Positions 17,575 to 28,200 are shown, counted from the first letter of the stretch. The stretch: 36,082 nt of DNA from Oscillospiraceae bacterium (GCA_031554075.1 JAVBKJ010000110.1:1-36082); one strand, 5' to 3'. The notes: generated by a model not told the origin, from the letters alone. Made by a program: numbers and translations.

Positions 17575-18546
17575 TTAAGCCTTTTGCGGCTTTACATCGT
17601 GGCACGCCACAAAATGCGCAGGGGCAACCTCTAGCAACTCTGGTATCGTTTGGCGGCAGATATCCATCGCTCTAGGGCAACGGCTGGCAAACGCACAGCA
17701 GGCGGGGGGATTCACGGGCGTTGGGACGTCACCCTGCAAAATAATGCGCTTATTGGCTTTTGCGGCATCGGGGTCGGGCAACGGAATGGCCGACAGCAAC
17801 GCAATGGTATAGGGGTGCAGTGGCTGACTATACAGGGTGTCAGACTCAGTAAGCTCCATCATATGCCCCAGATACATAACGCCTACGCGGTTTGAAATGT
17901 GCTGCACCATCGACAAGTCGTGAGCAATAAACAGGTATGTCAACCCTTTTTGCGCTTGCAAATCCTCCAACAGGTTCACAACCTGCGCTTGGATAGACAC
18001 GTCAAGCGCCGAGATAGGTTCATCGCAAACAATCAGTTCAGGGTCCGAGGCGAGCGCACGCGCACTGCCAATACGCTGACGTTGACCGCCAGAAAACTCA
18101 TGGGGATAGCGAGACGCATGAGAACGCGCCAAGCCAACTGATTCGAGCAATTCAAAAATCTTTTTCGTGCGCGCTTCCCCTTTGTACAAGCGGTGGATGT
18201 CAATCGGCTCTGCGACGATGTCACCAACAGGCATACGGGGGTTCAAGGACGCATAGGGGTCTTGAAATATAATCTGGATTCTGCTGCGGTAGGGCATTAA
18301 GCCACGAGTACTCAAACGGGCAATATTCGCACCGTCAAAGTAAATATCGCCGCCCGTTGGCTTATAAAGACGGACAATCGAGCGCCCGACAGTTGTTTTA
18401 CCACAGCCAGACTCGCCGACCAAGCCGAGTGTTTCCCCTTTATGAATGGCAAACGAGACATTATCGACTGCTTTTAATGTGCCGCCCTTCACCTTAAAAT
18501 ACTTTTTAAGGTTCTGAACGTCAATGAGAACTTCATTACTTGACAT
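17575..18546 (-). CDS. oppF: oligopeptide ABC transporter ATP-binding protein
   Basis: Walker A GESGCGKTT, signature FSGGQRQR and Walker B LIVCDEP. The C-terminal Cys-rich oligopeptide-type extension is present. Confidence 0.9.
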   Translation of the reverse strand: MSSNEVLIDVQNLKKYFKVKGGTLKAVDNVSFAIHKGETLGLVGESGCGKTTVGRSIVRLYKPTGGDIYFDGANIARLSTRGLMPYRSRIQIIFQDPYASLNPRMPVGDIVAEPIDIHRLYKGEARTKKIFELLESVGLARSHASRYPHEFSGGQRQRIGSARALASDPELIVCDEPISALDVSIQAQVVNLLEDLQAQKGLTYLFIAHDLSMVQHISNRVGVMYLGHMMELTESDTLYSQPLHPYTIALLSAIPLPDPDAAKANKRIILQGDVPTPVNPPACCAFASRCPRAMDICRQTIPELLEVAPAHFVACHDVKPQKA

Positions 18547-18547
18547 G

Positions 18548-19558
18548 TTATACCTCCGCCTTTGCCGCCGCTAACCGTTCTGCGGCATCAGGATGATGCA
18601 GCCAGCAGGTAGCCCGATGCTCTGTTCCAACTGTAAAGAACGGCGGTTGTTGGTCTAGGCACACACGCATCGCATGAGGGCAACGCTGTGCAAAGCCGCA
18701 TCCAACAGGGGGCTTAATTAAATCTGGTGGTTGTCCGTCAATCGGCACAAGCCTTGTGCGTGTACCAATCGTCACTCGGGGGATGGATTTGAGCAAGCCC
18801 CAAGTATAGGGATGTGCTGGCTGGTAAAATATATCGCGAATGGGCGATTCTTCGCAAATCAGCCCAGCGTACATAACCTTTACTTCTTCGCAAAGGTCGG
18901 CAACGACGCCTAAGTCATGCGTAATCAATATAATAGATGTTTGGAATTTTGTTCGCAAATCCTTCATTAAGTCCAAAATCTGTGCTTGTATGGTAACGTC
19001 CAACGCGGTCGTTGGTTCGTCTGCTATCAGCAATTGCGGATTATTAGCAAGCGACATCGCAATCATAGCGCGCTGACGCATACCGCCAGAAAATTCGTAC
19101 GCATACTGCTTAATACGCGTGGCAGGGTCAGGAATCCCTACCAGACCGAGCATTTCAATACTGCGCTCGCGGATTTCCTGCTTGGACATGCCGCGGTTAT
19201 GCTCTTTTATCGCCTCGTGCATTTGATTGCCAATGGTGTACACGGGGTTGAGTGAGGTCATTGGGTCCTGAAAAATCATAGCAATGCGATTGCCACGTAT
19301 GGTGCGCATTTCTTTATGTGTCTTTTTGAGTAGGTCATTGCCCTCAAAGATAATTTCGCCGCCTACCACCTTACCAGGTTGGGGAATCAGCCCCATAATA
19401 CCCATAGAGGTAACGCTTTTGCCGCAACCAGACTCGCCGACAAGCCCCACGGTTGAATTGGGCTTGACTTTGAAGTCGATGCCACGCACAGCTTTCACTT
19501 CGCCTACGCTCGTAAAGAAGCTGACTTTCAAATCTCGAATATCGAGTATATGTTCCAT
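18548..19558 (-). CDS. oppD: oligopeptide ABC transporter ATP-binding protein
   Basis: Walker A GESGCGKSV, signature FSGGMRQR and Walker B LLIADEPTTALD. Confidence 0.9.
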   Translation of the reverse strand: MEHILDIRDLKVSFFTSVGEVKAVRGIDFKVKPNSTVGLVGESGCGKSVTSMGIMGLIPQPGKVVGGEIIFEGNDLLKKTHKEMRTIRGNRIAMIFQDPMTSLNPVYTIGNQMHEAIKEHNRGMSKQEIRERSIEMLGLVGIPDPATRIKQYAYEFSGGMRQRAMIAMSLANNPQLLIADEPTTALDVTIQAQILDLMKDLRTKFQTSIILITHDLGVVADLCEEVKVMYAGLICEESPIRDIFYQPAHPYTWGLLKSIPRVTIGTRTRLVPIDGQPPDLIKPPVGCGFAQRCPHAMRVCLDQQPPFFTVGTEHRATCWLHHPDAAERLAAAKAEV

Positions 19559-19571
19559 GTGCCGCTGTGCC

Positions 19572-20543
19572 TCACTTTCTCATCTTTGGGTCTAACGCAT
19601 CACGCAAACCATCACCCAAGATGTTAAAGGCTAACATGGTGATACTAATGGCTGCCGCAGGGAAAAATAATAGGTGCGGTGCGCTTTGTAACGCTTTGTA
19701 TGATTCACTGCACAACGAACCCCATGAAGCCATGGGTGCGCTAACACCAATGCCCAAAAAGCTCAAAAATGCTTCGGTAAAAATCGCAGAGGGAATGGCC
19801 ATAGTAACCATAACAATGATGGGTCCAATAGAGTTTGGCACAAGGTGCTTCATAATCATACGGATTGTCTTTGTGCCTTGGCTGCGCGCCGCCATAACGT
19901 ATTCTTGATTTTTAAGGGACAATACTTGACCGCGTACCACGCGCGCCATGTTGACCCAGAAAACCAAGCCTAACACTAAATAGACCAAAATCAGCTGATA
20001 CCCCAGCGGCTTAAACATCATCCAAAACGGATTCGTTTTGAAAGCGTCCTCTATGGGTGCTTGCAGCGTAACCTGCAGGAGGATAACATACAGAAGCATT
20101 GGGATAATATACAAAATTTCAACAATACGCATCATGAGGTTGTCAAGCCAACCGCCGATGTAGCCCGAAATACCGCCGTAAAGAACGCCGATTGTCAGGT
20201 TAATCAAGCTGGCAACAATACCAATGGATAGCGAAATACGAGCGCCGTATACCACACGGATAAACAAATCGCGCCCCAAGGCATCTGTTCCAAACACATG
20301 CTCAGACGACGGTCCTTGGTTTCGGTCTGCACGTATTTGTTGCTTATAATCATATTTCCAAAAAAACGGAATGACTATACTACCAACAATTAGAAAAATA
20401 ACAGCCACCATGGCAATCATAGACGGTACGTTTTTGCGAAGTCTGCGCCACGCATCCTGCCAGTAGGTAAGAGAGGGGCGGACAATAATGTCCCCTTTTT
20501 CCTCTGCAGCAACTGGTTCGAGCATTTCTCTTGTTAAGTTCAT
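19572..20543 (-). CDS. oppC: oligopeptide ABC transporter permease
   Basis: BPD-type permease. I chose the start at MNLTREM (20543) because GGAGG lies upstream and it begins 5 nt after the oppB stop. The track start is 20591. Confidence 0.85.
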   Translation of the reverse strand: MNLTREMLEPVAAEEKGDIIVRPSLTYWQDAWRRLRKNVPSMIAMVAVIFLIVGSIVIPFFWKYDYKQQIRADRNQGPSSEHVFGTDALGRDLFIRVVYGARISLSIGIVASLINLTIGVLYGGISGYIGGWLDNLMMRIVEILYIIPMLLYVILLQVTLQAPIEDAFKTNPFWMMFKPLGYQLILVYLVLGLVFWVNMARVVRGQVLSLKNQEYVMAARSQGTKTIRMIMKHLVPNSIGPIIVMVTMAIPSAIFTEAFLSFLGIGVSAPMASWGSLCSESYKALQSAPHLLFFPAAAISITMLAFNILGDGLRDALDPKMRK

Positions 20544-20547
20544 TTTG

Positions 20548-21486
20548 TTACGCCTCCGATTCCCCACCCATACGAATACGGGGGTCAACAAACATATAGA
20601 TAATATCTACAATAAACGTCATAATAACCAATAACACTGCGTCAAAAATCGTGACACCCATAATCATCGTATAGTCACGATTGCTGATAGATTCAACGAA
20701 CATGCGACCAACGCCAGGAATGGTAAAAAACTTTTCGATAACAAATGAGCCTGTTAAGAGCGTGGCAATCATCGGCCCGATGTAAGTAACAACAGGCATA
20801 ACGGCATTCTTAAATGCGTGTTTCATGATAACCTTCACTTCCGAAATACCCTTGGCACGGGCGGTACGCACATAGTCCTGTTGTGTTACGTCAAGCATGG
20901 ACGAGCGCATGAGCCGCACAATAAAGGAAAGTGAGTAGCCCGACACCGCGAGAACAGGCAACACCATCGCCATAGGATTATCCAATGAGGACGAAATGAC
21001 AGGAAACCACGGCAGTTTTATCGCAAAGACGTAGATAAGTAGCATCGCAAGCACGAAACTAGGGATGCAAACACCAAATGTGGTAATAAACATTATAAAC
21101 GAATCTGCCGGCTTATTCTGCTTAAGGGCGGCAATAACACCAAGCGGTATCCCAAGCACCAACACGACAATAATGGCTACCCCGCCTATTTTAGCAGTGT
21201 GAGGTAAGCCGCTCATAATACGGTCAGTTACCTGCACGTTGGCAAGCTGGAACGAGGGTCCCATATCGCCTTGGAGCAACCCAAACAAGTAATCGGTGTA
21301 CTGCTCAAACAGCGGCGCATCTAAATTAAATTTTTCATTAAGTGCTTTTACAATAGCTTCGGGAAGCGGACGTTCGCGCGTAAATGGTCCGCCGGGTACT
21401 GAGTGCATTAGAAAAAATGTAATTGTAATAATACACAGTAGTGTCAGAATCATCGATCCAATGCGTTGTAAAACAAATTTTAGCAT
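20548..21486 (-). CDS. oppB: oligopeptide ABC transporter permease
   Basis: MLKFVLQRI...VPGGPF N-terminus and the ARAKG EAA-loop region, both typical of OppB/DppB. Confidence 0.9.
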   Translation of the reverse strand: MLKFVLQRIGSMILTLLCIITITFFLMHSVPGGPFTRERPLPEAIVKALNEKFNLDAPLFEQYTDYLFGLLQGDMGPSFQLANVQVTDRIMSGLPHTAKIGGVAIIVVLVLGIPLGVIAALKQNKPADSFIMFITTFGVCIPSFVLAMLLIYVFAIKLPWFPVISSSLDNPMAMVLPVLAVSGYSLSFIVRLMRSSMLDVTQQDYVRTARAKGISEVKVIMKHAFKNAVMPVVTYIGPMIATLLTGSFVIEKFFTIPGVGRMFVESISNRDYTMIMGVTIFDAVLLVIMTFIVDIIYMFVDPRIRMGGESEA

Positions 21487-21624
21487 AAATTGTCCTCCTG
21501 AGACCCTGGATACACAAGATAATCACGTATACTGTCGGGCATTTTCATCTATATTACACCAATTGGCGTCGTGCGTCAAGGTATTTTTGCAATTTTATTT
21601 CTGGAAAATTGCATTTTTTGTTTC

Positions 21625-21653
21625 TTGCAAAATAATTTACTTTGGATTATACT
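21625..21653 (+). promoter_or_regulatory. sigma-A type promoter of the guaA-like gene
   Basis: TTGCAA at 21625-21630, a 17-nt spacer, then TATACT at 21648-21653. This predicts a 5' UTR of about 80 nt. The track's upstream ORF start at 21642 falls inside this promoter. Confidence 0.5.
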
Positions 21654-21737
21654 AGAGGTGCGCTAAGGCAAGTGCCGTGTCAATGCGGTTTTTGCTGCAG
21701 GATAATTGCAGCACACACACAAAGGAGAAGGAATAGA

Positions 21738-22961
21738 ATGGATACCATAGCAATTTTGGATTTCGGCGGTTTCAATAGTCACCCTGTCACAAGGCAAGTT
21801 CGTCAGCTGGGCGTTTTTGCCGTCCTATTGCCATATACTATTAATATATCTGCGCTTACAGACTATCGCGGACTTATCTTAGTCGGCGGTTCTGGCAAGG
21901 AGCTCACTGCCGATTTCGCCACATTGTCGCTCCCTCTGCTAGATATTCGCGGCGACGCGCCCTGTCACGAGACATTGTTACGAGACTTTGCGCTGACACA
22001 ATGCGCCTGCCAAACCGAATGGGATATGCAGTCCTACGCCACGAAAGCCATCGCCACTATTAAGGATACCGTGGGTGAGGGACGTGTTGTCTGCGCACTT
22101 TCGGGTGGTGTGGATTCCGCTGTCTCCGCCTTGCTGGCACATAAAGCGATTGGCGACCGTCTTACCTGCTTGTTTGTTGACCACGGTTTGATGCGCAAGG
22201 ATGAAGGCGACCAGATTATGTCCGTATTTTGCGACCGTTTCCAGATGAATGTCCTTCGTGTCGATGCTGGCGCACGCTTTTTGTCGGCACTGGCGGGCGT
22301 TGACAACCCCGAACAAAAGCGCAAGATTATCGGCGAGCAGTTTATCCGTGTATTTGAGGAAGAGGGGCGCAAGCTAGGGCAAGTCGAATACCTCATGCAG
22401 GGTACGATTTATCCCGATGTTATCGAAAGCGGCTTGGGCACAGGCGGCGTTATTAAAAGCCATCATAATGTGGGCGGCTTGCCTGCGGTTATTGACTTTA
22501 AGGGCATCTTAGAGCCGTTGCGCGATTTATTTAAGGACGAAGTACGCGACTTAGGGCGTGTATTGGGTCTGCCCGAGGATATCGTGGGGCGTCAACCCTT
22601 TCCAGGACCTGGTCTTGCCGTACGCTGTCTTGGGGAAGTGACTGAGGCTAAGCTGTCCATTTTGCGCGAAGCCGATGCCATCTTCCGTCGTCACATGATA
22701 GACGCGAAGGTGTCGGCTGACCAATTTTTTGCCGTGTTGACAAATTTGCGCAGTGTGGGTGTCAAAGCCGAACAGCGCACGTATGATTACACCATTGCCC
22801 TCCGCGCTGTGAAAACCACTGATTTTATGGCGGCACAATGGGTGCCTGTCCCCTTCGAAGTGTTACGCGCCGCCTCGACTTCGATTACGGAACTAACAGG
22901 CGTGAACCGCGTCGTGCTGGATGTGACGGACAAGCCCCCCTCGACGATAGAGTGGGAATAG
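21738..22961 (+). CDS. guaA: GMP synthase homologue with an intact ATP-pyrophosphatase and dimerisation region but a vestigial glutaminase domain (407 aa)
   Basis: SGGVDS P-loop, FVDHGLMRK, KSHHNVGGLP, RQPFPGPGL and C-terminal KPPSTIEWE are present. The N-terminal ~95 aa keep ILDFGG and GLILVGG but lack the GICYGMQ Cys and the HPE His/Glu. AAGGAGAAGG precedes the ATG at 21738. Confidence 0.85.
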   Translation: MDTIAILDFGGFNSHPVTRQVRQLGVFAVLLPYTINISALTDYRGLILVGGSGKELTADFATLSLPLLDIRGDAPCHETLLRDFALTQCACQTEWDMQSYATKAIATIKDTVGEGRVVCALSGGVDSAVSALLAHKAIGDRLTCLFVDHGLMRKDEGDQIMSVFCDRFQMNVLRVDAGARFLSALAGVDNPEQKRKIIGEQFIRVFEEEGRKLGQVEYLMQGTIYPDVIESGLGTGGVIKSHHNVGGLPAVIDFKGILEPLRDLFKDEVRDLGRVLGLPEDIVGRQPFPGPGLAVRCLGEVTEAKLSILREADAIFRRHMIDAKVSADQFFAVLTNLRSVGVKAEQRTYDYTIALRAVKTTDFMAAQWVPVPFEVLRAASTSITELTGVNRVVLDVTDKPPSTIEWE

Positions 22962-22973
22962 GGTAGAAGAATG

Positions 22974-23013
22974 CCCCCGAAAAGCCGATGTATTAAGGCT
23001 TTTCGGGGGTTTT
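22974..23013 (+). terminator. intrinsic terminator of guaA
   Basis: CCCCCGAAAAGCC pairs with GGCTTTTCGGGGG (13 bp), followed by TTTT. Confidence 0.9.
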
Positions 23014-23052
23014 ACTTTGGACGTTGATACTGTTTTGATACCTTAAGGATTT

Positions 23053-23937
23053 TTATTTTAAGTCCAGTGTTATCTGATAAGGTTCTCCCATTGATTTTTT
23101 AAAAAGTCGTTCAAATTCATCCCATGTATCAGATGCTTTCATTAAAGCGATTGTCTGTTGTAGCTGCCTATCAAGATTTGGTATCCCTGTGTCCTTAGTG
23201 AGGTGTTGGTGGTATCTTTCTTTACGTTTGCCTTTGTTAATACCTTCTTTGGACTTTTCCTTTAATTCTTTAAGAACACCCGGTGGTAAATAGTCATAAA
23301 TATATTCATTGGTTAATTTACCAGCATATGGAGGCTTGCTTTTTCCACGATATTCCCACCCTCTTAGTCTAAACATTTGTTTATAAAACTCGTCCGGAAA
23401 TCGTTTTGTCCAAGGTAATAATTCTTCGCTAATATATTTTGATAAGATTTTCTGTAATTCGTTCCTATCGCGCTCCTCTTGATATCCAGTAACTTCATCA
23501 ATTACTGCAATCAAACCGACTTTAGCAAATGCTGTCATTATGCCGTAAAGCTTTTGTGCAATTTCTTTTTGTGAATCAAGATTCAATGAATTAGCGTGCA
23601 AAGCATCAACGTATGCCTTGCATAAATCAACAAAAAGAGATGCTTCAAAAGGTGTAAAGTTCCTGCCTTTATCAGTAAGGTAATTAGGCAGTTCATTTCT
23701 ACCTGCCATATATAGCCACTCTTTAAGTGGTTCACTCAAGTACGGACTTATCCATTTTGCGTTCAAGTTACGAACGAGCGCGCCGCTTCCGCCACCTTGT
23801 AAACCCATTGTTTTAGATGCGCCTCTTAAAGACAAAACTCTTTCACCGTTATCCATTACATAACACTGCATTGTTAGAGAACCTTCTTCATTTAAAGACC
23901 AATTTCCACTATGTGTTGCTTTTGGCATATTTGACAT
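23053..23937 (-). CDS. P63C domain-containing protein (phage-derived family, function unknown)
   Basis: WTKRFPDEFYKQMFRLRGW ... YAGKLTNEYIYDYLPPGVLKEL ... RYHQHLTKDTGIPNL matches my recollection of the P63C domain pattern. GGGAGAAG lies 7 nt before the ATG at 23937. The track's TTG start is 23952. Confidence 0.7.
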   Translation of the reverse strand: MSNMPKATHSGNWSLNEEGSLTMQCYVMDNGERVLSLRGASKTMGLQGGGSGALVRNLNAKWISPYLSEPLKEWLYMAGRNELPNYLTDKGRNFTPFEASLFVDLCKAYVDALHANSLNLDSQKEIAQKLYGIMTAFAKVGLIAVIDEVTGYQEERDRNELQKILSKYISEELLPWTKRFPDEFYKQMFRLRGWEYRGKSKPPYAGKLTNEYIYDYLPPGVLKELKEKSKEGINKGKRKERYHQHLTKDTGIPNLDRQLQQTIALMKASDTWDEFERLFKKSMGEPYQITLDLK

Positions 23938-23966
23938 AATATCTTCTCCCAATATAATTTAAAAAT

Positions 23967-23995
23967 ATCATATCACTTATTTAAGGACCTGTCAA
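23967..23995 (-). promoter_or_regulatory. near-consensus sigma-A promoter of the P63C gene
   Basis: On the minus strand: TTGACA (23995..23990), a 17-nt spacer, then TATGAT (23972..23967). Confidence 0.55.
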
Positions 23996-24166
23996 TGGCT
24001 AATAACCATCTATTACAGGTCCCGATAGGAAAGGTGTTTTTAACACATAAAAATTATGATAGGCTTAGGTTCAAATTTACCACAGGATCACGTGTCGGTG
24101 GCCAATGCAACTACCATTCAAAATACTCGTCCCGTGTAATTGACAACACAAACTAACCCTTCCCCC

Positions 24167-25084
24167 CTACTGCGCGGCTAAAAACGCATCGACCTCCGCG
24201 GGTGTCGGCATGACTTCCATCGCCCCCATGCGGCTCACCACTAACGAGGCGGCGGCGTGGCTATAGCGCAACATACGCGTTAAATCCCGCTCGTTTGTGG
24301 GTAACCCGCCACCTGCTTGTAGAATGCTGGCTAAAAACGAACCGATAAAGGAATCCCCTGCGCCTGTTGTGTCTATGGCTGGTGTGGCAAACCCTTTCAC
24401 GGTGCAATCTATGTCCTTTGTGATGTACCGTGCGCCGTGTTTGCCCATGGTTATCAGCTTGCAGCTTGAGGCAAAGTCACCCAAAAAGGCAAGTTCATCG
24501 TCACTCACCTTGACAATATCCGCCATGGGTATGTAGTGTAGTACCGTTTCTTTTAAGTCGTCAGCGCTAGGCCATAGCGAAAAGCGTAAATTGACATCAA
24601 AACTGATAAGACACCCTTTTTCCTTAGCAATGGCTATCGCGCGGTCATGCGCTTTTCGGCAGGGCGCGTCCACCAATGCGACAGAGCAAAAGTGGAGTAC
24701 ATCGCCTGTTTCAAACCAATCAGGGTCTATATCTTCTGGTGATAGCAACATATCGGCAGAGGGATTGCGATAAAACAGAAAATCACGTTCGCCGTCTGCT
24801 GTGTGCGACACAAAGGCAAGCCCTGTGTTTGCCTTGTCTGTGCGCAGTAGCGCTGTGGTGCGCACGCCTGCCTTTGCAATCGCGGACACCAAAAAGTCGC
24901 CAAACGCATCCTTCCCCAACATGGAAATCATAAGGCTTTCCACCCCCAAATGCGCCACAGCCGATGCGGCATTCGCCGTTGAGCCACCTGCACATTTGCG
25001 AAAGGATTCTATGTCGGAAAGTCGCCCTTGCGCACTGGGCATGAAATCAATCAGAGCTTCGCCAATTGTAATAAATTTAGACAT
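24167..25084 (-). CDS. PfkB-family carbohydrate kinase (fructokinase-like)
   Basis: GEALIDF, GGSTANAASA and DTTGAGDSF motifs. I chose the start at MSKFITIGE (25084) because AAGGTGG lies upstream. The track start is 25120. Confidence 0.85.
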   Translation of the reverse strand: MSKFITIGEALIDFMPSAQGRLSDIESFRKCAGGSTANAASAVAHLGVESLMISMLGKDAFGDFLVSAIAKAGVRTTALLRTDKANTGLAFVSHTADGERDFLFYRNPSADMLLSPEDIDPDWFETGDVLHFCSVALVDAPCRKAHDRAIAIAKEKGCLISFDVNLRFSLWPSADDLKETVLHYIPMADIVKVSDDELAFLGDFASSCKLITMGKHGARYITKDIDCTVKGFATPAIDTTGAGDSFIGSFLASILQAGGGLPTNERDLTRMLRYSHAAASLVVSRMGAMEVMPTPAEVDAFLAAQ

Positions 25085-25259
25085 ATAGTAAACCACCTTT
25101 TTTTGATACCAGTATAGCATAGCCCCTCTGTCATTTCAACAATGGTTGCAAACAAAACACGACCAATGAGACGCCGCACAGATTGTATTTGCATTCTCTT
25201 CGTGATATACTCTCATCATAGAATGCCCAATACGCCTTTAGCAACAGGGAGGCACCTAC

Positions 25260-28200
25260 ATGAGACGATTTTCGATACTGCGTTTACTGCCGCTTATCAC
25301 AAGCGGTTTTATGATACTAACCATTGCTTTTACTGGGGTTGCCGTCGTTGCTGTGCGAGATATGCGCGAACGTGAATTTACCACACAGGCACTGTTTACG
25401 GAGCTTGCTTCTGCCAGCGAACACCCTATCGAACAAGTGCGCGGCTATGCGCAATTCGGCGATGTCGCTTACAAGGATGCCTACAGCAAGGAAGTGCTAG
25501 AAACCAAGCACAGAGAACGGGTAATGCAACAATTGTCACACAACATGGAGGCGAGTAGCGAACTGTCTCTCCTGTTAGAATTGCGCAACCTGTATAACAG
25601 CTTACTGACGCTCGACCGAGAGGCCATAGCGGCGGCGGATAATTACAATTTTGATGCCGCGCGGCTCATCGTCTATGGTGACGAATACTGCCATACAGAG
25701 GCGCAAGCGGCGGAAAAACTACAATTGTTACAGCAAAAAATGACCGAGCGAACAGCCAAGGAAGCGCACGAAGCGCAAATGCTGATGCCGATTGCCTTTA
25801 CCCTGTTAAGCTTCGTAACCTTACTCCAGCTGTTATTCATCACCATGAACCGCCGTCGTGTGCACAAGCGCAACGCGTCTATCAAAGCAATGGCAGCAGT
25901 AGCCGCGAACATTGCCCAAGGACATATCCAGACCCCTGTGGTAGATTATCCCCTTAATGATGAGTGTAGCCTTTTGGCAACAAGCCTAACCGATATGATG
26001 CAGCGTGTGCAAGCGGTCACTGATGACATGCACAGCCTATTAACCGTTACCGCCTGTGGCAATCTTTCGCAACCCATTGATACTAGCAAACACACAGGTG
26101 TGTGGCGGGATTTGTTGCAGGGCTATAACACATTACTCGAAACCATACACTATGTCATCCTCGATAACGCGCCTGTGGCGTATGTCTATTTGGAGGACGG
26201 CTTTGTCGTTAGCTGTAATCGTTGTGCCACGACACGCGTTGGTGTCAAGGTGGGCGACCATATGTCCCAATTTACAGTGAATACCGCTCAATGGCACGGC
26301 GCAATGCAACTTTTAATGTCGCGGCGGCAGTTATCCGATCTATTAGCGCAAGTTCGTGTGCGCACAGGGCAAATTCGCCGTTTTCGTCTGTATGGCGTGC
26401 GGATGCCCCATGAAAACAAAGTAGCGATTGCACTATGGGGCGTAGACGTAGAAGACAACGAGCAAAAAAATGCGTCACTTCTGAAAAGTGAGACAGACTT
26501 AGCGCAGTTGATAGATGCCCTGCCCATAGCGATGATTATTGTGGATGCTTCAAACGAGGAAATTGTCTACGCCAACGATGCCTATGCCAAACTCTTCTCA
26601 TGGCAACAAACAAGTGACTGCATTGGGTACACCGAAAATCGGTTATTTGCCATTGACACCTCCTCGCAACCGCGCTCAGGCACCTTTGAGTTTACGTATC
26701 AGTCCGCCACGCAAACCATCGTAGTGGCGCGTGTCACAGCGCGTGTTATTCATTGGCAGGATAGGGAATGTATTCTCAAAATTGTGCAAGATATCGGGGC
26801 GGACAAGCATCGTCAGTCAGCCTTGCAACAAATTGCAGAGCAAGAACGCGAAGCGAACGAGTTGAAAAGCCGTTTCCTAGTCAATATGAACCATGAAATC
26901 CGCACCCCGTTAAATGCGATTATTGGGCTATCACAACTTAGTTTATTGCAGGAGACAGTGACCCCACCCAAGGAGAGCTTTCGCAAAATCAACGTGGCGG
27001 CACGAAATCTGCTCACTATTTTGAATGATATACTCGATTTTTCTAAAATCGACACGCAGTCCATCGACCTTGTGGAGGATGATTTTAATTTAGAGGACAT
27101 TATTGCGAGTGCGTTTTTGGTGGCTGGTGAGCGTATCGAAAAGAAGCGCGTCGAAATGTTGCTTGACCTAAAGCCGACTGTGCCTTGCTTCTTGTACGGC
27201 GACAAGACGCGTCTATGGCAGATTCTTAAAAATCTGCTGGACAACGCCGCGAAATACACCACGAATGGACATGTCATTTTGAAGGTAACACCCCTGCATA
27301 CGCTTGATGACAGAATACACATCTCGTTTAAGGTATCCGACACAGGCATCGGCATGACAGACGAGCAGTTAGAACGTATCTTTGACCCGTTTACGCAGTT
27401 TGATGAACAAGGCAAGTATCAAAACACAGGCACAGGGCTTGGCATGTCGATTATCAAGCAACTTGTGACCTTGATGGGCGGCAGTATCAAAATGCGCAGT
27501 ACGCCCGATGTGGGCACAGATGTTGAGGTCATCATTGGATTTCAAATTGTGAGTACCAGCGCGGTGGTGCAAGCACAGCAGCACCAGAGTTTCGCGCCCG
27601 ACACCCTTGTGTTGGTGGCGGACGATGACGACAACGCTTGCTACATTGCTAAAAATTTGCTAGACTCCATCGGCTTACGTGTCGAGTGTGTGCAGGAGGG
27701 ACCAGCCGTGCTAACCACGTGCCAACAGTATCAAGCGGCAGGCACGCCCGTTTCGTTAGCGATTATCGACTACCACTTGGGGCATGAAAACGGTTTGCAA
27801 ATTGCCAAAAATCTGCTGGCGACCATCCCTGACATAAAAATACTAATCCTAACAGCGTATGCCGACGAACTAAATAAAGAAATCGAGCCGCTTTCTGGTG
27901 TCAAGGATATCATCGCCAAACCCTTTATCCCTACTTCATTTATCCGCAAAATACACGAATGTCTCGACATGCCAACTGCGGTCGATTCATGGACACATGT
28001 GCAGTTTACAGGGGCGCGCGTGTTGCTCTGTGAGGACAATTTTATCAACCAAGAGGTGGCCATCGGCATTTTAGAAATGCTGGGCATCACCCCCACTGTC
28101 TGCGAAAACGGCGCAGAGGCGCTCACCTTACTCGACACACAGCCTTTCGATTTGATTCTCATGGATATCCTCATGCCTATTATGGACGGCTTAGAGGCGA

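Noticed and set aside
21660-21737. Possible purine/guanine riboswitch in the guaA 5' UTR
   Set aside because: The ~80-nt leader has one 7-bp hairpin (TGCTGCA..TGCAGCA). It lacks the conserved three-way junction and loop sequences of the purine riboswitch.
23024-23990. Possible att-like direct repeats flanking the P63C insert (TTGATAC x2 at 23024/23035; TTAAGGA at ~23044 and ~23981)
   Set aside because: The repeats are only 7 nt long in AT-rich sequence, which is compatible with chance. There is no integrase to give them meaning.
26813-27415. 200-aa minus-strand ORF inside the hybrid kinase gene
   Set aside because: It is an antisense shadow ORF opposite the HisKA/HATPase region. It has no motifs and no SD.
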